A stretch of DNA of 64,000 nt from Nitrosopumilus sp. (GCA_965205675.1 OZ242186.1:384001-448000); one strand, 5' to 3'; numbered from the stretch's first letter, positions 40,655 through 50,222 are shown. Translations and numbers: made by a program. The notes: a model not told the origin generated them from the sequence alone.

Positions 40655-42744
40655 TTCATTTCACCTCCTCTTGATTCAGACAAGCACAATGAATTATCAC
40701 CATCAAAACATTCAGTGATTTTTCGTGATGTTAGAGATGTTTTGTGCCATTCTAATGACTCTACAATCTTTTGTTGAGTTGTAATTACAGCATCAATCTC
40801 CTTGTTTGTCGGAGTCCTTCCAGTTTCTAGTCTGATTGATGCCTTGATCTTACCGCGATGAATAATATCATAATGTATTGATTTTACTGCATCTGGTAAG
40901 GATGAGTGGTATGGTCCAGGAACAGGAACACCATCATCATAACAGGTCATTCCACTTTTATCAAAGTACATCTGACCACGTGGGTCGCTAAAGTTCTCAA
41001 CATATTGATATATTTCACAATCGACAGAGGCAATCTCATCAAGTGGTAAATCACTGATAAATCCCCCTCCGGGGTCGATTGGTTCCATTAGACGGAGTTT
41101 TCTTGTACAGATCGGACAAATATCAGACTCTTCAAAGTCAACTAAGATAGTTTCGTATCTGTAAATTGTCTTACTTTTCTCTATAGAATAAGCGCGTCTT
41201 ATGTGTAAGAACTGGTGAGGCGGTGTTTGTTGTTGAATCTGTTGGGTTTCATCAATAAAATGAGTGCTTTTCGCTTTAGCAGGATTATCTATAGACATCA
41301 TTTCTTGAATGCGTTTTGTAACATCATTTATGGTACAATCAGAGAAATCAAAGGAATCAGAATCAATCTCATACAAGCTCTTGATGTTGTCTGCATCATA
41401 ATCATACGATACAAGAGACAGTGATATCTCATTTAATGGAATGTCCTGGATTGCTCCATTATGTTGTCGTCTTAAGATCTTCCATGCTGAGACATGACAA
41501 CTAATATCATCAATTGAAGAGATGGACCGCGCAAGTACCGTCTTTATACTAAACTTGTTATTGCCAGCTTCTCCAAAATACTTTATCCGGTGTTTATTCT
41601 GACTGATACCAGTATGAGACAATAGATACCGGACCGTAGTAAATGCAGTTTTTGAATCATTAAAGGTATTAATCGACTTTACAAACAGTCCTGTCTTTTG
41701 ATACAACGCACTAATTTCATCTTTGTCAGTGTACCCAAAACCCAAAATATGCAGATGCGGTGAAAAATATGCTTTCTCTAAATTTTTTGTAAATCTAAAG
41801 GGATGATAAATTACCGCACCGCCCTCTATTCCAACACCTTTTAATTTTTTAAAGATATATCGTTCAGCCTTTAGCCTAGTTTCATGAGTTTCAAATTTAT
41901 GATATTCTGATTTTGGAACTGATACTACCAAATGATTATAAATTCTTGATTTCTTGTTTTGCATCCATAACTTATTTTTCTTAAAACTCAGCGTTGCCTC
42001 CACTCTATCAACTGCAGAGAGAGCCTGTTTGATTATTGCATAAGTCCAGCATTTAGGACATGATAACTTGTTACATTTTTTGAGTATTCTTTTTACTCGG
42101 TCCTGGTTTATGCGATATTCTTGCCGATGAGAGACATCAGTACAGCCTTTAACCTGAAATTGCAGACATGACTTGTATGATACACCATTACCTGGTAACT
42201 GCATTTTTGAAATGAAAACATTTGCAAAGTCACCGTTTTCTATTTTTTCCTTATACTTTTCAAAACCTGATGTATAGTTAAAGACACGTGTCTCATCATC
42301 AACATCATTACCAAAATTTGATTCATCTTGTAGTTTAGGACCAATTACATCCGTGATTTCAAATCCTTTTTCATCAACAGAACAAATCAATTCATGGCTT
42401 AGAACCTCAGAATGATTTCCAAGACGGTCAATATGTCCTGCATCCCTGAGGTCTTGTTGTGAAATCAGGCCAACATCATCATAAACTGTCAGTATATCAC
42501 ACTCGAACTCTTTGGGATTTTGTGATTCATGAAATGCCTTTACACATTCAGACAATCTCTTTGATTTTTGTGATTCCGCAATGTCTTTTGTAACCTTTAG
42601 GACTTCATCAACAGTCGTACATTTTGACAGCTCCAAATCCTGGAATGACTTTTGTCGTAATCTGAACAGATATGATTTTCTTTCTGCAGCAGCTACTGAC
42701 TCTTCTTTGGATGCAGAGTTATCATCTCTAATCGTCATTTTCAA
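40651..42744 (-). CDS. HUH rolling-circle replication initiator with Zn-binding motifs
   Basis: CNKLSCPKC; motif I NHLVVS; motif II PHLHILG; motif III RYLLSH; C-terminal CPIC. Confidence 0.8.
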   Translation of the reverse strand: MKMTIRDDNSASKEESVAAAERKSYLFRLRQKSFQDLELSKCTTVDEVLKVTKDIAESQKSKRLSECVKAFHESQNPKEFECDILTVYDDVGLISQQDLRDAGHIDRLGNHSEVLSHELICSVDEKGFEITDVIGPKLQDESNFGNDVDDETRVFNYTSGFEKYKEKIENGDFANVFISKMQLPGNGVSYKSCLQFQVKGCTDVSHRQEYRINQDRVKRILKKCNKLSCPKCWTYAIIKQALSAVDRVEATLSFKKNKLWMQNKKSRIYNHLVVSVPKSEYHKFETHETRLKAERYIFKKLKGVGIEGGAVIYHPFRFTKNLEKAYFSPHLHILGFGYTDKDEISALYQKTGLFVKSINTFNDSKTAFTTVRYLLSHTGISQNKHRIKYFGEAGNNKFSIKTVLARSISSIDDISCHVSAWKILRRQHNGAIQDIPLNEISLSLVSYDYDADNIKSLYEIDSDSFDFSDCTINDVTKRIQEMMSIDNPAKAKSTHFIDETQQIQQQTPPHQFLHIRRAYSIEKSKTIYRYETILVDFEESDICPICTRKLRLMEPIDPGGGFISDLPLDEIASVDCEIYQYVENFSDPRGQMYFDKSGMTCYDDGVPVPGPYHSSLPDAVKSIHYDIIHRGKIKASIRLETGRTPTNKEIDAVITTQQKIVESLEWHKTSLTSRKITECFDGDNSLCLSESRGGEMK

Positions 42745-42946
42745 ATTCCCGCTTTAATGAAAAACTCTTTAGTTCAGAATCAGTAATTTTGATGATTTTT
42801 AAATCATATTCATGACAATGCGTGATGTGCCAAGTCCTGGCATAAAAGCTTGAAAATCTTTTAGATTTTTTCTTTATCTTGATACAATACGGACATAATA
42901 TCATCTGAAAAGCAGAAAACTTTATTGGTTTACGTGTTGTACTCAT
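42728..42946 (-). CDS. C2H2 zinc-finger protein
   Basis: CPYC...F.....HITHCH; overlaps the Rep start. Confidence 0.7.
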   Translation of the reverse strand: MSTTRKPIKFSAFQMILCPYCIKIKKKSKRFSSFYARTWHITHCHEYDLKIIKITDSELKSFSLKREFENDD

Positions 42947-42980
42947 ATCAATAACAATCTCCTAAACGATTGTGACGACG

Positions 42981-43015
42981 GCTTGAAGTCTCTCCACAAA
43001 AGTAAGACTTCAAGC
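42981..43015. other. Perfect 11-bp stem hairpin upstream of the ZnF-Rep genes
   Basis: GCTTGAAGTCT-N13-AGACTTCAAGC. Confidence 0.8.
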
Positions 43016-43102
43016 ATTTTCTTAATTTCAAAAAACAAAAAAGATGAGGATTTTTTCTTTGGAACTAAAAACCAATGTTGTAAATGCACAGTTTTCATTT
43101 TT

Positions 43103-43438
43103 TCAGGTTTTTATCCTTAACAGTAAAAAAAAGAATTCAAAAATAGGTTCAATTAAAAATCTACAACAAATTAGAGGATGGATAACCCATCGCTCTAACT
43201 TGGTTGCAGTCTCATACCCAATAATTTGTACCTTTTTAGGGGTGTAATACCTGTCAAGTATTTTTGGGTCATGAACTGAAAGACCGTCTCGAGGGACTTT
43301 ACTCTTTTCGGCACATTTTTTACAATTTGCGTTTGAGGATTTGTTTAATCCTTTCATGCAGAATTTTTTAGATTCTGTCATGGGATTTTTTGTATGGTTT
43401 GAAGAATCAGTCAAAAACGGTTGTTCCAGTAAAATCAT
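43103..43438 (-). CDS. Cys-containing hypothetical protein
   Basis: ATGA overlap with the upstream small ORF. Confidence 0.5.
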   Translation of the reverse strand: MILLEQPFLTDSSNHTKNPMTESKKFCMKGLNKSSNANCKKCAEKSKVPRDGLSVHDPKILDRYYTPKKVQIIGYETATKLERWVIHPLICCRFLIEPIFEFFFLLLRIKT

Positions 43439-43602
43439 TTTACGGCCTCAGTAAATCCGCCAATGGGCGATCCTAATGCCATATCCGCACAGATATCACA
43501 GCAAAGGATTTCATACTTGGTATTCTGTAAAATCTGAGATATCTTTCTGGAATGGTTTTTCTCATGTCGGCATTGCCACTCTTCAACAAAAACAGGAGTC
43601 AT
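43435..43602 (-). CDS. Small Cys/His protein, 55 aa, not in ORF track
   Basis: MTPVFVEEWQCRHEKNH...CCDIC...; ATGA overlaps at both ends. Confidence 0.6.
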   Translation of the reverse strand: MTPVFVEEWQCRHEKNHSRKISQILQNTKYEILCCDICADMALGSPIGGFTEAVK

Positions 43603-43760
43603 TTTTTAGAAGCCTCCAAATTTTCAAGTTCACGACGAACCACAGAGGAAATATAATCAGAAACATTACGATAAAGAGAATCAGATTTCTGTGTCTCTTT
43701 TTCTATTCTGTTCACTAAATTTATTGGCAATTGAACAGGCTTCCAATTAGTTCGATTCAT
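43599..43760 (-). CDS. Ribbon-helix-helix protein (Cro-like position), 53 aa, not in ORF track
   Basis: MNRTNWKPVQLPINLVNRIEKETQKSDSLYRNVSDYISSVVRRELENLEASKK. Confidence 0.8.
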   Translation of the reverse strand: MNRTNWKPVQLPINLVNRIEKETQKSDSLYRNVSDYISSVVRRELENLEASKK

Positions 43761-43835
43761 GTAATAGTATTGTAATACACATTATATAAAAACTGTTACA
43801 ACACTATTACAACCTAACTTGTAACAAATTTATAA
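43760..43835. promoter_or_regulatory. Divergent promoter/operator region
   Basis: 18-bp inverted repeat (43760-43777 / 43794-43811, 2 mismatches) flanking TTATATAAA; extra TTGTAACA next to TTTATAA. Confidence 0.65.
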
Positions 43836-43871
43836 CATTTCAAAGGAAAAATACAAAATGTGCTTAAAACC

Positions 43872-44270
43872 ATGGTAAGAAAAAAGAGTAATTCAGGATG
43901 GAGACCGGTACAGCTTCCTAAAGATTTAGTAGACGAAGTAGAAAAAGTGATTGAAACATCAGAAGTTAAAAAAACAGGTGTTACAAGCATAAGTCAATTT
44001 ATTTCAAGAATCATAGATGATCATTTAGAATCATCCAGATTCTCTCATCAAAACACCTATGAGGATAAGGTAAGAATACTAGATAACAAAATAGGTAAAC
44101 TAGGAGATATTGTAACAATATTCCTAAAAGAAGAATTGAAGAAAGGATTTTGTGATTATTGTGAAAGTGAGAACTGTGTACACGTAAAGTACATGTGGGA
44201 ATTAGAAGATGTTGTTAAAATTTTGAAAAAAAGAGGTTTCCAATCACCATATAACGAACCATCAAAATAA
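43872..44270 (+). CDS. RHH repressor with C-terminal Cys/His Zn motif
   Basis: WRPVQLPKDLVDEVEK...SISQFISRII; CDYCESENCVH. Confidence 0.78.
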   Translation: MVRKKSNSGWRPVQLPKDLVDEVEKVIETSEVKKTGVTSISQFISRIIDDHLESSRFSHQNTYEDKVRILDNKIGKLGDIVTIFLKEELKKGFCDYCESENCVHVKYMWELEDVVKILKKRGFQSPYNEPSK

Positions 44271-44309
44271 AAGACATTTAGTTTCCAGGTTCCAGTCAAT
44301 ACAAGGCTT

Positions 44310-45377
44310 TTATTTTTTCAACTCAAACATCAGTTTTCTCATTTCATACTGAATCATTTCTTTAACTTCTTCTTTAGCAACGTGTGTTTTTTCCAATTCT
44401 TCATTACGTTTAGTTATTTTATCAAGCTCCAATTGCTTTCTTAGAGAACCATCAACGGTTAATTCGGGAACTGCTTTTTTGAATTCTTCAAACAATTGTT
44501 CAATAGTCGGGTCAAGATAAACATTATCCAACACAACAGTAACAGAATGACCCATCATTTTCTCTGCAAGTGAAATATTCAGGTCATGAGTAGTTTTCAG
44601 AATAGTATTAAATCGTTTTCTAAATCCATGATCAGCTTGTTTATTGTATCTCACACCCGTTTTGACCTGATTGATTCTCAATCCTGTTTTGTTGATAAGC
44701 AATCGTGTGATTTCTTGTAGTGATGATCTGGTACTAGGTTTGACCTTAGCAAATCCTACATTATACGATGAACGAAATGCAGGACTTTCAGGAGTTATTT
44801 TTTCTCCATCAGATTCTCTTTTCTGTATATAAGCATCAAACATTTGACTTGCTTCAGGTGTTAGAAATGTAGTATACTCATCAACAGTTCCTTCATAAAC
44901 CAGGACCGATTTGCAATCTTCAATCTGATTAATGTTTCTTAGTTTGATATCTTGTAATGCACCTATTCTAATTCCTGATGATGCGATAAAATGAATGAAT
45001 GTTTTAGTTCGTAATTTAGTCGCAAAAGAAACCATTTTAGCCACCTCTTCAGTAATCCATGCCTCACCGCCTGTCTTTTTTATTCTTGCAGGCTTAAGCC
45101 TGTTAATTTTACTCCATCTCAATTCTATATCATTACAGTCAAAAAATGCCTTCATTGACGCAATTGGTATATTTATTGAGTTGGGAGACATTGTTTTTTT
45201 AAGATACATAACAAAATCTTCCATCATAATTTGTAATTTTTCTTGAGGTATCGTTATTAATCTATCATAGTCTTCTATCTCAAAACATTTGAGAAATTTA
45301 TCCAAATGTCTAACATATGTTTTTCTTGTTTCTTCCGACTTGATAGAATTCTCAAAAATTAACATACTTCTTTGCAT
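44310..45377 (-). CDS. Tyrosine recombinase/integrase
   Basis: SGIRIG (R), HGFRK (HxxR), MMGHS and NVYL (Y) catalytic residues all present. Confidence 0.93.
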   Translation of the reverse strand: MQRSMLIFENSIKSEETRKTYVRHLDKFLKCFEIEDYDRLITIPQEKLQIMMEDFVMYLKKTMSPNSINIPIASMKAFFDCNDIELRWSKINRLKPARIKKTGGEAWITEEVAKMVSFATKLRTKTFIHFIASSGIRIGALQDIKLRNINQIEDCKSVLVYEGTVDEYTTFLTPEASQMFDAYIQKRESDGEKITPESPAFRSSYNVGFAKVKPSTRSSLQEITRLLINKTGLRINQVKTGVRYNKQADHGFRKRFNTILKTTHDLNISLAEKMMGHSVTVVLDNVYLDPTIEQLFEEFKKAVPELTVDGSLRKQLELDKITKRNEELEKTHVAKEEVKEMIQYEMRKLMFELKK

Positions 45378-45424
45378 GTCATATTATAAAAAACGGAACT
45401 ATTTTAACCAAATAATGTCAGGTT

Positions 45425-45436
45425 AGAATTTATATT
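45425..45436 (+). repeat. Putative attR core, overlapping a TATA-like box of the downstream gene
   Basis: AGAATTTATATT ends 24 nt before ATG 45461. Confidence 0.65.
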
Positions 45437-45460
45437 ATATCCAAAGTCAGTTGACTTCAC

Positions 45461-46276
45461 ATGGCTACAAGTCCTACAATTTTAGATTCAGATTTTCGTT
45501 ATATCGACAAAAAAGGAAGCTTGCTCAAAACTAGAACCGAGTTAACAGTAGCACAAATGCTTACTTTTCTTGAACAAGAATATGAATACGGTCACAAAAT
45601 TACTTTAAAGAATGGAAATGAGGTCACAGTTGATTTTAAAACAGAAAAAGGGCTGATCGAAGTAATTGACACAGATGATGATATTGAAAAATATAAACAA
45701 ATCAAAGAAGATTTCCCTCAAGAAAAAATGATGGCGATAGGACATGCCAAATATGTTGCACAAATTAAAGAATTACAAGATATAGTATTTTATGATAAAA
45801 CACCACAAACAGGTTCTATATTTTTAGAAGATGCATCATTTTCATTTGATTATGCACACATTCTTCCATTAGTAGAAAAATGCTCTATATTACATGGACA
45901 CACATCGTCTGTAATGGTAGAGCTTATAGGACAAATGAAAGATAATTTACTTTTAGATTTTGGTGAAGCCAAAAAAATTATCAAAGAAGTAGTAAATGTA
46001 TTTGATCATAAATTTTTCATTAATAAGAAATATCTAAAAAAAGAAGATGATTCACATTATCAAATTCAGTTTGAAGGACCTAAAGGAATGTTTGAATTAC
46101 AAGTTCCAAAGAATACAACTTATCTATTAGAAGGAGAAGCTACAGTAGAAAATCTTTCAAGTGAAATTATCAAACTACTAGCACCAAAAATGCCATCAAA
46201 TGTAGAAGCTGTAGGAGTTTACATCTATGAAGGTTACAATAAAGGCTCTCACATTATTTCAAATATTTCAAGATAA
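45461..46276 (+). CDS. 6-carboxytetrahydropterin synthase (QueD-like) with extra N-terminal domain
   Basis: FDYAH, CSILHGH, LDFG, FDHKF and TVENLS motifs. Confidence 0.82.
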   Translation: MATSPTILDSDFRYIDKKGSLLKTRTELTVAQMLTFLEQEYEYGHKITLKNGNEVTVDFKTEKGLIEVIDTDDDIEKYKQIKEDFPQEKMMAIGHAKYVAQIKELQDIVFYDKTPQTGSIFLEDASFSFDYAHILPLVEKCSILHGHTSSVMVELIGQMKDNLLLDFGEAKKIIKEVVNVFDHKFFINKKYLKKEDDSHYQIQFEGPKGMFELQVPKNTTYLLEGEATVENLSSEIIKLLAPKMPSNVEAVGVYIYEGYNKGSHIISNISR

Positions 46277-46283
46277 TTAAGAA

Positions 46284-48608
46284 ATGGATCCTAAAATATC
46301 AGAAAAAACATGGAATCCAGAGTTAGAAAAAGAAATTCTAAAACAATGGGAATCAGAAAAAATTTATGAATTTACTCCACAAGATGATAACTATACAATA
46401 GATACACCGCCTCCATATCCATCAGGTAGACCATGGCATATTGGAGCCGCAGCACACTATTCGCAAATTGACATGATTGCACGTACTGCAAGAATGACTG
46501 GAAAAAATGTCTATTTCCCAATAGGAATTGACAGAAATGGCCTTCCCGTAGAGCTGTACACTGAGAAAAAACACAAAATCAGAATGAGAGAAACAGAAAG
46601 AGGCGAATTTCTAAATCTTTGTAGAGGTGCACTAGACGACTTGGAATCTGAAATGATTCTCATTATGAAAAGTTTAGGTCTTAGTGGAGATTTTGCTAAT
46701 TACTATAGAACAGATTCAGAAGAATACAGAACACTTACTCAGTCTACGTTTATTGATTTATGGAAAAAAGGACAGGTGTATCTTGCAAATAGACCTAACA
46801 ACTATGATTGGGTATCAGGTACAACTATTGCAGATGCAGAAATAATATATCAAGATTTAGCTACCAAGCTTGTTTACATGAAATTCAAAATCAAGAATAC
46901 CGATAAAGAAATAATCATTGCAAGTACAAGACCTGAATTACTTTGTGCATGTAGAACAATCATTGTAAATCCTGAAGATGAAAGATATGCACAATATATT
47001 GGAAAAAAAGTAATTGTTCCAATCACCAATGCAGAAGTAGATCTTAGAACTCATCATTCTGTTCAACAAGAATTTGGTTCAGGGGCTGTTATGGTATGTA
47101 GTTATGGTGATCAAAATGACGTAGCATTGTTTAGAGAATTAGAATTAGAAGAAATTGTTGCAATTGGATTAGATGGAAGAATGACCGAAGTTGCAGGAGA
47201 ATGCACAGGATTAAAACCAAAACAAGCTAGAACAAAAATCATAGAAGATTTAGAAACAAATGGATTTTTGGATAAGGTTGAAAATATTGTTCATAGAACA
47301 CCAGTATCAGAAAGAAGTAAGACTCCAATTGAGATTATTCCGATGGAGGAATATTATCTAAAACAAAAAGAAGCAATTCCTAAAATGAAAAATTTAGGCC
47401 AAGAAATTATATTCCATCCATCAATGCACAAGCAAATTCTCATGAATTGGCTTGAATCTATCAATATTGATTGGCCCATTTCAAGAAGAAGATATTATGG
47501 TACTGAAATTCCAATATGGTATTGTAAAAATTGCTCAGAGGCATATGTTCCTGAGCCTGGAAAATATTATAGGCCTTGGGAAGAAAAATGCCCAATTACT
47601 AATTGTACAAAATGTGATTCCACTGAATTTGTAGGAGAAGAACGAACATTTGACACATGGATGGATTCTAGTGTATCTCCACTTTTCATTAGTAAATTTA
47701 ACGGAGACGGTGAATTTTTCAAGAAAGTGTATCCTGCTTCAATTAGACCACAAGCAAAAGATATTGTTAGAACGTGGTTATACTATACTCTTTTGAGATG
47801 TGAGCAACTTACTGGAGAAAAACCATGGTCTGAAGCTTGGGTCATGGGATATGGTTTGGATGAAAAAGGAATGAAAATGAGTAAAAGTAAAGGAAATGCG
47901 ATAGATCCCTTACCAATAATTGAAAAGTTAGGTGCTGATACTTTTAGATTTTGGAGTGCGAGTGAAATTAATCATGGACATGACTTTAGATGCAATGAAC
48001 AAAAAATTGAATCAACAAAAAAATTTCTTAGTAAATTATGGAATGTATCAAGATTTTTGTCTAGTTTTCCAGTAATTGAATCTGGGAATCTATCCGCATC
48101 TGATGAATGGATTTTATCAGAATTAGACAAACTAGTAAAAGAATGTAAAAAAGGATATGAGGATTATAACTTTTTCATCCCGGCAATAGCAATTAGAGAA
48201 TTTACATGGAATGTGTTTGCAGCACATTATATCGAAATGGTAAAAGCAAGAGCATATGGAATTAAATTTTCTGACGAAGAAAGAGATGGTGCTATTTTTA
48301 CACTACACAAAACCTTGTCAACTATTTTGAAATTATTAGCGCCAATCACACCATTTATCACAGATTATCTTTGGAAAGAATTGTATTCAAAAAATAGCAT
48401 ACACAAAGAACAACAAATAATACCAGAAAATATTGAGGAACAAGATAATATTACAAAAGAAATTTCAAAATTTAATTCAAAAGTATGGAATGAGAAAAAA
48501 GCTCAAAACCTATCATTAAAAGACCCAATTAAAATAGAAATTCCTAAATCATTAGAGTCATTTAAAAAAGATTTGAAATCAATGCACAACTTGTTAGATT
48601 ACAACTAG
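46284..48608 (+). CDS. valS: Valine--tRNA ligase
   Basis: DTPPPY..HIG, DWPISRRR, DTWMDSS and KMSKS motifs. Confidence 0.95.
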   Translation: MDPKISEKTWNPELEKEILKQWESEKIYEFTPQDDNYTIDTPPPYPSGRPWHIGAAAHYSQIDMIARTARMTGKNVYFPIGIDRNGLPVELYTEKKHKIRMRETERGEFLNLCRGALDDLESEMILIMKSLGLSGDFANYYRTDSEEYRTLTQSTFIDLWKKGQVYLANRPNNYDWVSGTTIADAEIIYQDLATKLVYMKFKIKNTDKEIIIASTRPELLCACRTIIVNPEDERYAQYIGKKVIVPITNAEVDLRTHHSVQQEFGSGAVMVCSYGDQNDVALFRELELEEIVAIGLDGRMTEVAGECTGLKPKQARTKIIEDLETNGFLDKVENIVHRTPVSERSKTPIEIIPMEEYYLKQKEAIPKMKNLGQEIIFHPSMHKQILMNWLESINIDWPISRRRYYGTEIPIWYCKNCSEAYVPEPGKYYRPWEEKCPITNCTKCDSTEFVGEERTFDTWMDSSVSPLFISKFNGDGEFFKKVYPASIRPQAKDIVRTWLYYTLLRCEQLTGEKPWSEAWVMGYGLDEKGMKMSKSKGNAIDPLPIIEKLGADTFRFWSASEINHGHDFRCNEQKIESTKKFLSKLWNVSRFLSSFPVIESGNLSASDEWILSELDKLVKECKKGYEDYNFFIPAIAIREFTWNVFAAHYIEMVKARAYGIKFSDEERDGAIFTLHKTLSTILKLLAPITPFITDYLWKELYSKNSIHKEQQIIPENIEEQDNITKEISKFNSKVWNEKKAQNLSLKDPIKIEIPKSLESFKKDLKSMHNLLDYN

Positions 48609-48609
48609 A

Positions 48610-49227
48610 TTAATTCTTGAATAAAGTAACAAGATTAATGAAATATTTGTGTAATGATGTATCCGTAGTTAATTCAGGATGAAATGCAGTACCAATAACA
48701 TTTCCTTTTTTAACTGCGACTATACGATCGTTGAATTTTGATAAGATTTCTACATCAGATCCTACATTAGAAACAGAAGGAGCTCTAATGAATACTCCAT
48801 TGAATTTTGGAATATTAATAGAATCCATAGAAATATCAGATTCAAAAGAATCTTTTTGACGTCCAAATGAGTTTCTCTCTAATTTAATATCCAGGATATT
48901 CAATAGCGGTTGATCAATTTTACCTACAACACGATCATTCGCTGTATTTGATAGCATAATCATTCCAGCACAAATTCCAAGTACAGGCATTCCATTTTGA
49001 ATTTTTTCCTTTAGAATCTTTAGTGAACCATTTACTAAAGATAGCTGACCAATGGTGGTACTTTCACCACCTGGAATTATCAAACCATCTAATTCTGAGA
49101 GTTCTTCAGGGGTTTTTACATCGATAATCTTTCCGTCAATTCCTAATTCATCAATTGCAGCTTTGGTGGACAAAAGATTTTCTTGTACGTCGCCTTGAAT
49201 AGATAAAACACCAACAGTAAAACTCAT
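48610..49227 (-). CDS. pdxT: PLP synthase glutaminase subunit
   Basis: PGGESTT, GICAG, FIRAP and FHPEL motifs. Confidence 0.95.
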   Translation of the reverse strand: MSFTVGVLSIQGDVQENLLSTKAAIDELGIDGKIIDVKTPEELSELDGLIIPGGESTTIGQLSLVNGSLKILKEKIQNGMPVLGICAGMIMLSNTANDRVVGKIDQPLLNILDIKLERNSFGRQKDSFESDISMDSINIPKFNGVFIRAPSVSNVGSDVEILSKFNDRIVAVKKGNVIGTAFHPELTTDTSLHKYFINLVTLFKN

Positions 49228-50192
49228 GCTGAACCACCACGATCTTGCATACGTAATTCAAGAGTGTTTACATCTAATCCAACCATAGATCCTCGTTCAT
49301 CAATCATTTTTTGTGCTTCTTTAACTTTATCAGATTCATTCCAAAAGGTAGTAGCTAAAACTATTGCTCTTGCTCTCTCTTTTGCATCATCAGAATTAAA
49401 AATCCCAGAACCAACAAAAATACCATCACATCCAAGAGACATTAAATATGCTGCATCCGCAGGTGTTGTAATCCCACCTGCGGCAAAATTTACAACAGGT
49501 AGCCTTCCAAGTTTTGCAGTCTGTTCAACAATATCATATGATACTTTGAATTCTCTTGCCATTCTAACTAAATCTTGATTATCATTCGAATCATAAATTG
49601 ATTTTATACTTCGTAACTCCTCATTTACTTTTTTAACATGTTTGATAGCTTCTGCAACATTTCCAGTCCCAGGTTCTCCTTTTGTTCTAATCATTGATGC
49701 ACCTTCTTCAATTCTTCTTAAAGCTTCATCTAAAGATCTTGCTCCGTTAACAATAGGAGTAGTAAAATCCCATTTCCAAACATGACGAAGTTCATCAGCA
49801 GGTGTTAAAACTTCAGATTCATCAATCATATCAACATTCGTTTCTTGTAACACTAATGCTTCATTGACATGTCCAATTCTGCATTTAGCCATTACAGGAA
49901 TTGTTACAGAATCCATAATTTCCTCAATAATTCTAATGCTTGCAGTACGTGCAACACCGCCAGCTTTTCTAACTTCAGATGGAAGTTTATCTAATACCAT
50001 AACAGAAACGGCACCAGCTTCTTCAGCAATTTGAGCTTGCTCTACAGTTGTAACATCCATTACAACTCCATTTTTTAACATATGGGCAAATCCACGTTTG
50101 ACAGTAGATGAGCCACGTAAAGTATCAGCCGAATTAATTTTGTCAGTAATTATTCCTCTGGCATTTTTTCGTTCACCATCTAATGGAAGCAT
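49224..50192 (-). CDS. pdxS: PLP synthase lyase subunit
   Basis: [22 protein letters not shown] and FAAGG motifs. Confidence 0.96.
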   Translation of the reverse strand: MLPLDGERKNARGIITDKINSADTLRGSSTVKRGFAHMLKNGVVMDVTTVEQAQIAEEAGAVSVMVLDKLPSEVRKAGGVARTASIRIIEEIMDSVTIPVMAKCRIGHVNEALVLQETNVDMIDESEVLTPADELRHVWKWDFTTPIVNGARSLDEALRRIEEGASMIRTKGEPGTGNVAEAIKHVKKVNEELRSIKSIYDSNDNQDLVRMAREFKVSYDIVEQTAKLGRLPVVNFAAGGITTPADAAYLMSLGCDGIFVGSGIFNSDDAKERARAIVLATTFWNESDKVKEAQKMIDERGSMVGLDVNTLELRMQDRGGSA

Positions 50193-50222
50193 GTCATAAT
50201 TTTTTCTAAAGACTATTTGTAT

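Larger units (their letters stand above)
35188..45436. mobile_element. Integrated rolling-circle-replicating element (~10.2 kb)
   Basis: Tyrosine integrase at one end; 12-bp direct repeat AGAATTTATATT at 35188-35199 and 45425-45436; contains Rep, ATPase and RHH genes; flanked by housekeeping genes. Confidence 0.85.
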
